Origin: an uncultured Giesbergeria sp.
GTDB lineage: Bacteria; Pseudomonadota; Gammaproteobacteria; Burkholderiales; Burkholderiaceae_C
Length of the DNA stretch: 64,000 bases
Reading direction: 5' to 3'
NCBI GenBank assembly: GCA_947624595.1
Contig: CANQLC010000015.1
Coordinates: forward strand, 4,005 to 68,004
The translations under genes were made by a program, and so were the position numbers. Shown here one piece after another: positions 32,141 to 41,151 of this stretch. The notes beneath the pieces are model-generated. The model saw nothing but the letters and a program-made list of their open reading frames with translations. It did not search any database and was not told the DNA's origin. The stretch's first letter is position 1. Every line of letters begins with the position of its first letter.

Positions 32141-33271
32141 ATGGATACCAAACAATCTCTTGCCTTGCTCGGCGGTTTGAGCGCAGCGCAGTTCATGCGC
32201 AGCCATTGGCAAAAAAAGCCGCTGCTGGTGCGCCAAGCCATCCCCGGCTTTGTGCCGCCGGTGGCGCGTGCGGCGCTGTTTGACTTGGCCGCGCAAGACG
32301 GCGTCGAGTCGCGCTTGGTGCAAAACATCGATGGCGTGTGGAAGCTGCAATCTGGCCCGATGGGCCGCCGCTCGCTGCCGCCGCTCAAGCGCCCCCATTG
32401 GACGCTGCTGGTGCAAGGCGTCGATTTACACAGTGACCCGGTGCATGCGCTGATGCAGCAATTTCGCTTTGTGCCCGATGCGCGCTTGGACGACGTGATG
32501 ATTAGCTACGCCAGCGATGGCGGCGGCGTGGGGCCGCACTTTGACAGCTACGACGTATTTTTGCTGCAAGCCCACGGCAAGCGGCGCTGGCGCATTGGAC
32601 GCCAAAAGGATTTGACGCTGCGCGAGGGTCTGCCGCTAAAAATCCTCGCCCAATTTGAGCCGGAAGAAGAGCACGTCTTGGAGCCGGGCGACATGCTGTA
32701 CCTGCCGCCCGGCTGGGCGCACGACGGCATTGCCGAGGGCGAGTGCATGACTTACTCAGTCGGTTTCCGCGTCCCCGAGCGTGCTGATTTGGCGCAAGAG
32801 CTGCTGATACGTTTGGGTGACGAGGACGACGAGGGCTGCACCAAGCCCGTGTTGTACAGCGATGGCAAGCAGCCCGCCGTGGCGCAGCCCGCAGAAATCC
32901 CCGCCACGCTACACGCCTTCGCCCGCGAAGCGCTAGAGCGCGCCTTGGCCGAGCCGCATGCGCTGGAGCGCGCCTTGGGTGAGTACTTGACCGAGCCAAA
33001 AGCCAACGTCTGGTTTGAGCCGGGCAACGCGCGCGCCATGATGGAGCAGGTGGTGCTCGATCGGCGCACCCGCATGATGTATGACGCTGAGCACATCTTC
33101 ATCAACGGCGAAAGCTACCGCGCTGCTGGTGCCGACGCCAAGCTGATGCGCCAATTGGCCGATTTGCGCGTCTTGAGCCCGCAAGCACTGGCGCGCGCCA
33201 GTGATGGGGCGCTGGAGCTGTTGTCGGTTTGGTGCGCTGACGGTTGGGCGCATGCGCAACCGGCGTTTTAA
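32141..33271 (+). CDS. JmjC/cupin 2OG-Fe(II) oxygenase, RoxA/YcfD-like
   Basis: RLDDVMISYASDGGGVGPHFDSYDVFLLQ, LEPGDMLYLPPGWAHDG. Confidence 0.88.
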   Translation: MDTKQSLALLGGLSAAQFMRSHWQKKPLLVRQAIPGFVPPVARAALFDLAAQDGVESRLVQNIDGVWKLQSGPMGRRSLPPLKRPHWTLLVQGVDLHSDPVHALMQQFRFVPDARLDDVMISYASDGGGVGPHFDSYDVFLLQAHGKRRWRIGRQKDLTLREGLPLKILAQFEPEEEHVLEPGDMLYLPPGWAHDGIAEGECMTYSVGFRVPERADLAQELLIRLGDEDDEGCTKPVLYSDGKQPAVAQPAEIPATLHAFAREALERALAEPHALERALGEYLTEPKANVWFEPGNARAMMEQVVLDRRTRMMYDAEHIFINGESYRAAGADAKLMRQLADLRVLSPQALARASDGALELLSVWCADGWAHAQPAF

Positions 33272-33545
33272 CGCTGCTATGGCCCACAAAGCGGGGCGAT
33301 ACAAAAATATTTGTACTTTTCGGTCTCTATTTTTCACGTTGCTGTCAACGTAACGCGTGCTTGGGCGTTGTTGCTTGTAAGCGTCAGTGTTATTAAGGAT
33401 TGACGAATCCCCAATATAATTGTCAATTCAGTTTCACGTCAGCGTTTGCACATTTCCTCGTTACAACGGGGTCAAGCTGTGAGGGCGGGGGCGCTGTAGC
33501 AGTTATTTTTGCTTATCTACTGGTTACTTACTAAGGAATTTTCAA

Positions 33546-33914
33546 ATGAACAAGTCTCTCCTCTTGGCTTCCCTGTTGGCTGTTACTTTGGCTGCTTGCG
33601 GCAACAAAGAAGAGCCAGCACCGGCTCCTGCTCCGGCACCTGTAGAGGCTCCTGCTGCTGAGACGCCTCCTGCTGCTGCACCTGCTGCCCCTGAAGCTGC
33701 TCCTGCTGCAGCTGCTCCTGCTGAAGGCGCTTCTGCCGAAGCTGGCGCTGCTGCTGACCAAGCCGCCACCGCTGCTGGCGATGCTGCCAAAGCTGCTGGT
33801 GAGGCCGTTGCTGGCGCTGCAGCTAGCGCCGCTGCTGACGTGGGCGACGCTGCTAAAGCCGCAGCTGACGCAGCTGCAGCAGCGGCTGCCGCCGCTGTGA
33901 CACCAGCCAAGTAA
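33546..33914 (+). CDS. Ala/Pro-rich low-complexity lipoprotein
   Basis: RBS AAGGA, lipobox LAAC, GCT-biased codons, strong downstream terminator. Confidence 0.85.
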   Translation: MNKSLLLASLLAVTLAACGNKEEPAPAPAPAPVEAPAAETPPAAAPAAPEAAPAAAAPAEGASAEAGAAADQAATAAGDAAKAAGEAVAGAAASAAADVGDAAKAAADAAAAAAAAAVTPAK

Positions 33915-33928
33915 TTCGTTTCATAAAG

Positions 33929-33963
33929 AAAAGCCCCGTACCTTTGAGGTCGGGGCTTTTTTT
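33929..33963. terminator. Bidirectional intrinsic terminator
   Basis: AAAAGCCCCG..ACCT-TTG-AGGT-CGGGGCTTTTTTT. Confidence 0.85.
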
Positions 33964-33989
33964 ATGGGTGCGTTACAGCTTTATTGGTT

Positions 33990-35111
33990 TTATTGCAAAT
34001 CGTCTGCCAGCACGCGCAAGATGCTTTGTGCATTGGTCGATGCTTCGGGCGTACCCGTTGCACTCAGTACCGACACGGTGCTGGCCTCAGCGGCGCTGCG
34101 CACCATGATGCGGTATTTCAGCGGCGGCGTAGCGTCTTTGCTGCTAAACAGCTTACTGAAGAAGCCGTCCTTGTCTTTGTTGGCGTCCGGGGAGACGTAG
34201 CGGACAAAGTACACGCCCTGACTGCGGTCGCGGTCTTCTACGGTGAAGCCGGTGCGGTCCAGTGCCAAGCCAATGCGACGCCAAGCGCGGTCAAAGCCTT
34301 CTTGCATTTGCAGCACGGGCACGCCATTGGCGTTAGACAGTTGCGCGCTCGGCGGTGTTTGCACTGGGGCGGCGGCGATGGCTTTGGATTGCTGCTCGCT
34401 CACGCCCAGCTTGACCATCAGGCGGCGCAAAAACTCGGTCTCCAGCTCGGGGTCGGCGGCGCGGGGCTGCCAAATGGTGCTGTCTTTGCTGCTGTTGGAG
34501 TACACCTCGACCATGCCGCGGTGGCTGACGTAGATTTCGGTATCGCCATTGGCAGCGCGCTCCAAGCGGGTGCGAAACTTATCGCGCTCGCCGGTGGAGT
34601 ACAGCGCATCAAACACCTTGCCAATCGTCGCGCGGATGGGGTCTTGCGGCAACTTGGCGCGGTTTTCGGCCCAGTCAGTCTCCATGATGCCGACGTCAGA
34701 TTTCTCGTACGCCATGTTGAAGCCGTTTTCGCCCCAAAAGTCGCGCACCGGCTCCCACAGTTTGTCTGCCGGGCGCTTGACCACCAGCCAGCGCTGGTTG
34801 CCATCGCGCTCAATGCGCACATCGCCCATGCTGGCTGCAGCGGCGGTGCTGTTGGCCGATGGCTGGGTGGCCTGATTGGCTTGCAGCGCATTGGCCGACA
34901 CCACGCCACCGACACCGCCCGGCAGGCTGTAGCGGCTGTCGCGCGAGAGCTGTTGTAAGTCAGGCGGCACTTCGAGCGTCGCGCCTTTGGTGGCGCTTTT
35001 GTAGTCGATCTTGTCGCCGTCAAGTACGGTGCAGGCAGAGAGCGCAAGAGTCATCCCCATCAGGCCAACAAGGCTCAGTCGGGAGGCCGTAGCAGTAGGT
35101 TTCAGGTTCAC
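33990..35111 (-). CDS. bamC: Outer membrane protein assembly lipoprotein BamC
   Basis: Lipobox LSAC, LEVPPDL, GIMETDWAENRA, WRRIGLALDR; follows dapA; GTG start uncertain. Confidence 0.88.
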   Translation of the reverse strand: MNLKPTATASRLSLVGLMGMTLALSACTVLDGDKIDYKSATKGATLEVPPDLQQLSRDSRYSLPGGVGGVVSANALQANQATQPSANSTAAAASMGDVRIERDGNQRWLVVKRPADKLWEPVRDFWGENGFNMAYEKSDVGIMETDWAENRAKLPQDPIRATIGKVFDALYSTGERDKFRTRLERAANGDTEIYVSHRGMVEVYSNSSKDSTIWQPRAADPELETEFLRRLMVKLGVSEQQSKAIAAAPVQTPPSAQLSNANGVPVLQMQEGFDRAWRRIGLALDRTGFTVEDRDRSQGVYFVRYVSPDANKDKDGFFSKLFSSKDATPPLKYRIMVRSAAEASTVSVLSATGTPEASTNAQSILRVLADDLQ

Positions 35112-35142
35112 GCAGCAGTCCTTGGAAATTCGTAAAAGACGT

Positions 35143-36042
35143 TCAGGCCAGCAGGCCGCCGGCGCGCAGTGCGGCTTCGAGCGCTGCTTCGTTCGACGCA
35201 CTCAGCGGCGTCATCGGCAGACGCAGCGTGCCGCCGCACAGACCCATGCGGGCCGCAGCCCACTTGACCGGAATCGGATTGGCTTCGATGAACAGGTTTT
35301 TGTGTACTGGCATCAGTTGGAACTGGATTTCCATCGCGCGGCGGATGTTGCCGGCCAGCGCGGCAGCGCACAGCTCGCTCATCAGGCGCGGCGCGACGTT
35401 GGCGGTGACGCTGATATTGCCGTGGCCACCGCACAGCATCAGCGCGACGGCGGTCGGGTCGTCACCGGAGTAAATGCCAAAGCTCTTTGGCAGATCGCGG
35501 ATCAGCCATTGGGCGCGTTCGAGGTTGCCGGTGGCTTCTTTGATGCCGATGATGCCGGGCACCTGTGCCAAGCGCAGCACGGTGTCGTGCTGCATATCGG
35601 CGACCGAGCGGCCGGGCACGTTGTACAGCACGATGGGCAGATCGCCGGTGGCTTCGGCAATCGCTTTGAAGTGCTGGTACTGGCCTTCTTGCGTCGGCTT
35701 GTTGTAGTAGGGCACCACTTGCAGTTGGCTGCTGGCGCCGACGCCACGGGCAAATTTGGCCAGCTCGATGGCTTCGGCGGTCGAGTTGGCGCCGCACCCG
35801 GCCATCACCGGCACGCGCCCAGCGGATTGCTCGACGGCGACGCGGATGATTTCGCAGTGTTCTTCGACGTTGACCGTCGGTGACTCGCCGGTGGTGCCGA
35901 CGACGCCGATGCAGTCGGTGCCTTCGGCAATGTGCCAGTCGATCAGTTTGCGCAGCGCGGGGTAGTCCACGCTGGCGTCCTCGTGAAAGGGGGTGATGAG
36001 GGCGACGATGCTGCCGGTGAGGGGGGCGCTAGATTGGGTCAT
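35143..36042 (-). CDS. dapA: 4-hydroxy-tetrahydrodipicolinate synthase
   Basis: [32 protein letters not shown]. Confidence 0.97.
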   Translation of the reverse strand: MTQSSAPLTGSIVALITPFHEDASVDYPALRKLIDWHIAEGTDCIGVVGTTGESPTVNVEEHCEIIRVAVEQSAGRVPVMAGCGANSTAEAIELAKFARGVGASSQLQVVPYYNKPTQEGQYQHFKAIAEATGDLPIVLYNVPGRSVADMQHDTVLRLAQVPGIIGIKEATGNLERAQWLIRDLPKSFGIYSGDDPTAVALMLCGGHGNISVTANVAPRLMSELCAAALAGNIRRAMEIQFQLMPVHKNLFIEANPIPVKWAAARMGLCGGTLRLPMTPLSASNEAALEAALRAGGLLA

Positions 36043-36090
36043 GTCCGCAGTGCAAAACGGTAAAAGGGCATTCTAACTAGAGGTGACCAG

Positions 36091-36657
36091 TCAATCAGCG
36101 CAAGGCGGGCGAAGAAGGTGTCGCGCCGGCGCATCGCTTGGCGCGCCACCTTCTGTGCGTACGGCGGCAATGCGCTGCACAAAGCGCTCGGGCGCGTCGA
36201 GGTAGCCGTCCTCATACGCCACCACGCGCAAATCAGTGCAGGCGCGCAGCAATTCGCCCGGTTGCAGCAAAAAATCGGGGCGCGACGGTTTGCCAACGCT
36301 TTGGTTGCCGTCGGCAAAGGTTTCGTACAGCAGCACGCCGCCCGGCGCGACGCTGGCGACGATGGTCGCCAGCAGCGCCCGCCACAGGTAGTTGGTCACC
36401 ACCACCGCGCCAAACTCGCGGCCCGCCAGCGGCCACGGCGCGTTTTCGATATCGGCGCAGAGCGCCTCGCCCCACGCCGCCGCTGCTTGCGCTGCTTGTG
36501 GGGCGCGGTCTACGCCGGTGACGGGGTGGCCGCGCTGTGCAAACCAGCGCACATGCCGTCCCATGCCGCAAGCCACGTCCAGCACTGGTGCGCCGGCGGG
36601 CACAAGGTGCGACCAGCGCTCAATCCATTCAGAAGCGGTGTCGGTGTGGTGCATCAC
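36091..36657 (-). CDS. Class I SAM-dependent methyltransferase
   Basis: VLDVACGMGRH motif I; VTNYLWR, GGVLLYETF. Confidence 0.85.
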   Translation of the reverse strand: MMHHTDTASEWIERWSHLVPAGAPVLDVACGMGRHVRWFAQRGHPVTGVDRAPQAAQAAAAWGEALCADIENAPWPLAGREFGAVVVTNYLWRALLATIVASVAPGGVLLYETFADGNQSVGKPSRPDFLLQPGELLRACTDLRVVAYEDGYLDAPERFVQRIAAVRTEGGAPSDAPARHLLRPPCAD

Positions 36658-36678
36658 GGCCTTTTTGATCTTTAATTT

Positions 36679-36737
36679 ACTATTTATTTGATAGCTGATA
36701 GCGCACGTATTTAAAGGGCTAAAGGCTGTTTTGATGC
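36679..36737 (-). repeat. REP-like element copy, intergenic
   Basis: actat-ttatttg-atagctgatagcgcacgtatttaaagggctaaaggctgttttgatgc. Confidence 0.8.
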
Positions 36738-36910
36738 TAAAAACACGCCCACATCTGATTGGCCAGCATCACCATGAAGTCGGGGTTGCCATACAGCGCA
36801 AACACCAGCAGCAGCACGACCAGTGCCAGTGCCGTCGCCGCCCAGCGCCACCAAGCGGGTGGGCGCTGGGGTGGAGAAGTCGCAGTGGAGTTATCAGGTC
36901 TATCGGTCAT
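36737..36910 (-). CDS. 57-aa single-TM hypothetical protein
   Basis: MTDRPD...WWRWAATALALVVLLLVFALYGNPDFMVMLANQMWACF; ATG 2 nt after MFS stop. Confidence 0.65.
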   Translation of the reverse strand: MTDRPDNSTATSPPQRPPAWWRWAATALALVVLLLVFALYGNPDFMVMLANQMWACF

Positions 36911-36911
36911 A

Positions 36912-38129
36912 TCAAGCCGTTTGCAGTGCGGGGCGCTGAATGGTGTGCTCTTTGATCGGCAGATTGAGCAGGCCAGCCAGCACGCCCAGACCAATCGCCA
37001 AATACCAAACGATGTCGTAGCTGCCGGTGCGGTCGTACAAATAGCCACCCAGCCACACGCCCATAAAACTGCCCATTTGGTGGCTGAAAAACACAAAGCC
37101 GCCCAGCATTGACAAATGCTGCACGCCAAAAATTTGTGCCACCAGCGCATTGGTTGGCGGCACCGTGGACAACCACAGCGTGCCCATCACGGCGGAGAAA
37201 ATATAGACGCTGGTCGGCGACAGTGGCACCAGCAAAAAGATGCTGATGACCACGGCGCGGGTGAAATAAATGAACGCCAGAATATGCCGCTTGGCCATGC
37301 GCTGGCCGAGCACGCCAGCCGCATAGGTGCCAAACACGTTGAACAGTCCAATCAGCGCCAGTGCGTAGCTGGCCACTTGGGTCGAGAGACCGTGGTCTTT
37401 CAAGTAGCTGGGCATGTGTACGCCGATAAACACCACCTGAAAGCCGCAAACAAAGTAGCCCGCCATCAGCAGCAAAAAGCTTTTGTAGGTGAAGGCTTCG
37501 CGCAGCGCCTCGGCCACGCTTTGGCTGCGTTGCAACGGGGCTGAGCCGCTAAAACCCGGCTCGCGCAGGCCAAACGCCAGCGGCACAATCAGCAGCACCA
37601 TCAGCGACAGCGCCAACAGCGCGGTTTGCCAGCCCAGTGTGGTGATGAGAAAACCTTCCAGCGGCACCATCAAAAACTGCCCAAACGAGCCGGCTGCCGC
37701 CGCCACGCCCATCGCCCACGAGCGCCGGTCGGCGGCAATTTGCCGCCCCAGCACGCCGTAAATGACGGCGTAGGTGGTACCGGCCTGCGCCGCGCCAATC
37801 AGTACGCCGGTGGTCAGGGCAAAAATGGTTTCCGTCGGTGCCAGCGCCATGCCGACCAGCCCGAGGCCGTACAACACCGCGCCCGCAATCAGCACCCGAA
37901 ACGCGCCAAACCGGTCGGCGGCCATGCCGGCAAAAACGCCGACCACGCCCCACGACAGGTTTTGAATCGCCATCGCCAGCGCAAACGATTGGCGTGTCCA
38001 GCCCATCTCTTGCGTGATGGGCTGTAGCCACAGGCCAAAGCCGTGGCGAATGCCCATCGACAGGGTGACGATGGCCGCGCCACAGGCGAGGACTTGGAAG
38101 GTAGAGAGTTTGCGGGCTGGAGATTGCAT
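36912..38129 (-). CDS. MFS transporter
   Basis: SMGIRHGFGL, GMAADRFG, about 12 TM; ATG at 38129. Confidence 0.9.
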   Translation of the reverse strand: MQSPARKLSTFQVLACGAAIVTLSMGIRHGFGLWLQPITQEMGWTRQSFALAMAIQNLSWGVVGVFAGMAADRFGAFRVLIAGAVLYGLGLVGMALAPTETIFALTTGVLIGAAQAGTTYAVIYGVLGRQIAADRRSWAMGVAAAAGSFGQFLMVPLEGFLITTLGWQTALLALSLMVLLIVPLAFGLREPGFSGSAPLQRSQSVAEALREAFTYKSFLLLMAGYFVCGFQVVFIGVHMPSYLKDHGLSTQVASYALALIGLFNVFGTYAAGVLGQRMAKRHILAFIYFTRAVVISIFLLVPLSPTSVYIFSAVMGTLWLSTVPPTNALVAQIFGVQHLSMLGGFVFFSHQMGSFMGVWLGGYLYDRTGSYDIVWYLAIGLGVLAGLLNLPIKEHTIQRPALQTA

Positions 38130-38224
38130 CGCAGCGAATGTAACGATTGCGGCGGTTTTCTGCTTGACAGTTACCTTAACGTCACATACAGCCAGTAGAA
38201 ACCCTATCACTACAATCGCGCACC

Positions 38225-40246
38225 ATGGCTGTAAAACCCACCTCTGTGACCCCTTCTCCCTCCGCTTCCTCCACTGCAACCCTGCCCGAATATTCCGAAA
38301 GCTCCATCCGCGTGCTCAAGGGCTTGGAGCCGGTCAAGCAGCGCCCGGGGATGTACACCCGCACCGACAACCCGCTGCACATCATCCAAGAAGTGCTGGA
38401 CAACGCCGCCGACGAAGCCCTCGCTGGCCACGGCAAAAAAATCAAAGTCACGCTGCACCAAGATGGCTCGGTCAGCATTGACGACGATGGCCGGGGCATT
38501 CCGTTTGGCCTGCACCCGGAGGAAAACGCCCCGGTGATTGAGCTGGTATTCACCCAGCTGCACGCTGGCGGCAAGTTTGACAAAGGCAAGGGCGGCGCTT
38601 ACAGCTTCTCTGGCGGTCTGCACGGCGTGGGCGTCTCCGTCACCAACGCGCTGTCGCAGCGCATGGAAGTGGCCAGCCACCGCGAAGGCCAAGTGGCAAC
38701 GCTGGTGTTCTCCGGCGGCGACGTCATCGAGCCGCTGGCTTTGCGCCCGCAAGCCACGGGCGAGCGCCGCCAAGGCACCAGCGTGCGTGCGTGGCCCGAT
38801 GCCAAATATTTTGAATCCAGCCAACTGCCGATGCCGGCGCTGATTCACCTGCTGCGCAGCAAAGCGGTGCTGATGCCCGGCGTCTCGGTGACGCTGGTCA
38901 ACGAGCAAAACGGTGACAAGCGCGACACGCAAACGTGGCAATACAAAGGCGGCCTGCGCGACTATTTGCAGCAAACGCTGTCGGCCGACCCGGTGATTCC
39001 GCTGTTTGAAGGCAGCGGCTTTGCCAGCGCTGCCGACGAAAACTTTGCCGAAGGCGAGGGCGCCGCGTGGTGCGTCGCCTTCACCGAAGACGGTGGCGTG
39101 GTGCGCGAGAGTTACGTCAACCTGATTCCGACCAGCGCCGGCGGCACTCATGAGAGCGGCCTGCGCGATGGCCTGTTCCAAGCCGTCAAAGGCTTTATTG
39201 AGCTGCACAGCCTGCTGCCCAAAGGCGTGAAGCTGATGCCGGAAGACGTGTTCGCCCGCGCCAGCTACGTGCTCTCGACCAAAGTGCTGGATCCGCAATT
39301 CCAAGGCCAAATCAAAGAGCGGCTGAACTCGCGCGATGCAGTGCGGCTGGTCAGTAGCTTTGTGCGCCCGGCGCTGGAACTGTGGCTGAACCAGCACGTT
39401 GAATACGGCAAAAAGCTGGCCGAGCTGGCGATCAAAGCCGCGCAGACGCGCCAAAAAGCCAGCCAAAAAGTCGAAAAGCGCAAAGGCTCGGGCGTGGCCG
39501 TGCTGCCCGGCAAGCTGACCGATTGCGAAAGCCGCGACACGGCCTACAACGAAGTGTTTCTGGTCGAGGGCGATAGCGCCGGTGGCAGCGCCAAAATGGG
39601 CCGCGACAAAGAAACCCAAGCCGTGCTGCCGCTGCGTGGCAAGGTGCTGAACACGTGGGAAGTCGAGCGCGACCGGCTGTTTGCCAACAACGAAATCCAC
39701 GACATTTCTGTCGCCATCGGTGTCGATCCGCACGGCCCGAACGACACGCCGGATTTGTCCGGCCTGCGCTACGGCAAGATTTGTATCCTGAGCGACGCGG
39801 ACGTCGATGGCTCGCACATCCAAGTGCTGCTGCTGACCTTGTTCTTCCGCCACTTTCCCAAGCTGATTGACGCCGGCCACATCTACGTTGCGCGCCCGCC
39901 GCTGTTTCGCGTCGATGTGCCAGCGCGCGGCAAAAAACCGGCCGCCAAGGTGTATGCGCTGGACGAGGGCGAGCTGACCGCCATCCTCGACAAAGCCGAA
40001 AAAGACGGCGTGGCGCGCGACAAATGCAGCATCAGCCGCTTCAAAGGCTTGGGCGAGATGAACGCCGAGCAGCTGTGGGAAACCACCCTCAACCCCGACA
40101 CGCGCCGCCTGCTGCCGGTGCAACTGGGCGGCATGGACTTTGGCGCGACCGAAGCTTTGATCACCAAGCTGATGGGCAAAGGCGAAGCCGCCGCCCGCCG
40201 CGAGCTGATGGAGCTGCACGGCAACAGCGTAGAGCTGGATATTTGA
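38225..40246 (+). CDS. parE: DNA topoisomerase IV subunit B
   Basis: QEVLDNAADE, DDGRGIP, GGLHGVGVSVTNALS, VEGDSAGG, RFKGLGEM. Confidence 0.96.
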   Translation: MAVKPTSVTPSPSASSTATLPEYSESSIRVLKGLEPVKQRPGMYTRTDNPLHIIQEVLDNAADEALAGHGKKIKVTLHQDGSVSIDDDGRGIPFGLHPEENAPVIELVFTQLHAGGKFDKGKGGAYSFSGGLHGVGVSVTNALSQRMEVASHREGQVATLVFSGGDVIEPLALRPQATGERRQGTSVRAWPDAKYFESSQLPMPALIHLLRSKAVLMPGVSVTLVNEQNGDKRDTQTWQYKGGLRDYLQQTLSADPVIPLFEGSGFASAADENFAEGEGAAWCVAFTEDGGVVRESYVNLIPTSAGGTHESGLRDGLFQAVKGFIELHSLLPKGVKLMPEDVFARASYVLSTKVLDPQFQGQIKERLNSRDAVRLVSSFVRPALELWLNQHVEYGKKLAELAIKAAQTRQKASQKVEKRKGSGVAVLPGKLTDCESRDTAYNEVFLVEGDSAGGSAKMGRDKETQAVLPLRGKVLNTWEVERDRLFANNEIHDISVAIGVDPHGPNDTPDLSGLRYGKICILSDADVDGSHIQVLLLTLFFRHFPKLIDAGHIYVARPPLFRVDVPARGKKPAAKVYALDEGELTAILDKAEKDGVARDKCSISRFKGLGEMNAEQLWETTLNPDTRRLLPVQLGGMDFGATEALITKLMGKGEAAARRELMELHGNSVELDI

Positions 40247-40256
40247 GTTAAATATC

Positions 40257-40315
40257 AGTGTTTTAGGCCTCTAGCCCAATAGATACGTGCGCTAGCAGCT
40301 CTCATTTTTGAATAA
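40257..40315 (+). repeat. REP-like copy, left flank of TA module
   Basis: ttttaggcctctagcccaatagatacgtgcgctagcAGCTCTCATTTTTGAAT. Confidence 0.85.
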
Positions 40316-40339
40316 ACACTTGCCGCCAGCCAATAAAAA

Positions 40340-40356
40340 ATCCCCTTTAAGGGGAT
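40340..40356. promoter_or_regulatory. Palindromic operator overlapping mqsR -10 box
   Basis: ATCCCCTT-T-AAGGGGAT perfect 8-bp arms; GATAAT at 40354-40359, 7 nt before ATG. Confidence 0.65.
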
Positions 40357-40366
40357 AATTGACCTT

Positions 40367-40666
40367 ATGGAAAAGCATTCGCCCCACTATACGCTGGCCG
40401 AAATTCAGGCCCAGATGACATCGGTGCTGGACATGAATCTGACCTTTTCCGCCCGAAGTGGCATTCGGCTGGTGGGCATGGCGCAAGCCGATGCTTTGGC
40501 TGTGGTGCAGTGTCTGGGTCGCAAGGACTTTTACAAAAGCATGACCACCCACGGCGATCACCGGGTCTGGCAAGACGTCTATCACGGGCAGTGGGGCGAT
40601 ATTGCGCTCTACATCAAGTTCCAGCAGGCGGGTGAGTATTTTGTGGTCTCGTTTAAGGAGTTGTGA
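40367..40666 (+). CDS. mqsR: MqsR-family mRNA interferase toxin
   Basis: MEKxxPH start, DFYKSMTT, WQDVY, LYIK, VSFKE as in E. coli MqsR. Confidence 0.9.
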   Translation: MEKHSPHYTLAEIQAQMTSVLDMNLTFSARSGIRLVGMAQADALAVVQCLGRKDFYKSMTTHGDHRVWQDVYHGQWGDIALYIKFQQAGEYFVVSFKEL

Positions 40667-40667
40667 G

Positions 40668-41072
40668 ATGGCAAGCAAATGGCATGGAAACGCCTGCCCC
40701 CTGTGCGGGGCCGGGGTGTTGCACGACGGCGTCAAAACCGTGACTCAGCCGTACAAAGGGCACGTGTATAGCACTGAAACCCACGGGGCGTTTTGCGACC
40801 ACTGCGCCGATGGCATTGCCCAGTTTGACGCAACCGAAGAAGCGGCTTGGCTGGCTTTTCGTGACCGTATGGATGCGCTGGAGGCCGCCGAATTGGCGCG
40901 GATTCGCAAAAAATTAAAGCTCACCCAATTGGAGGCAGCGCAACTGACGGGAGGCGGAAAAAACGCTTTTTCACGCTACGAACGTGGTCAAGCCAAGCCG
41001 TTGGCGGCGGTGGTGAATTTGTTTCGTTTGCTAGACCAGTACCCCGAATTGTTGGGTGAGTTGAGAACCTAA
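40668..41072 (+). CDS. mqsA: MqsA-family antitoxin (Zn finger + Xre HTH)
   Basis: CPLC...CDHC; RKKLKLTQLEAAQLTGGGKNAFSRYERG. Confidence 0.9.
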   Translation: MASKWHGNACPLCGAGVLHDGVKTVTQPYKGHVYSTETHGAFCDHCADGIAQFDATEEAAWLAFRDRMDALEAAELARIRKKLKLTQLEAAQLTGGGKNAFSRYERGQAKPLAAVVNLFRLLDQYPELLGELRT

Positions 41073-41080
41073 ATAATAGA

Positions 41081-41137
41081 TAAAAACAGCCTCCAGCCCT
41101 TATATAGCAAGCGCTGTTAGCTCTCATTTTTGAATTA
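41081..41137 (+). repeat. REP-like copy, right flank of TA module
   Basis: aaaaacagcctccagcccttatatagcaagcgctgttAGCTCTCATTTTTGAAT. Confidence 0.8.
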
Positions 41138-41151
41138 AATTTATTGTCCAG

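Noticed and set aside
40367-41072. GCU avoidance in mqsRA as self-protection
   Set aside because: At least six GCT triplets are visible in mqsR alone, so there is no depletion
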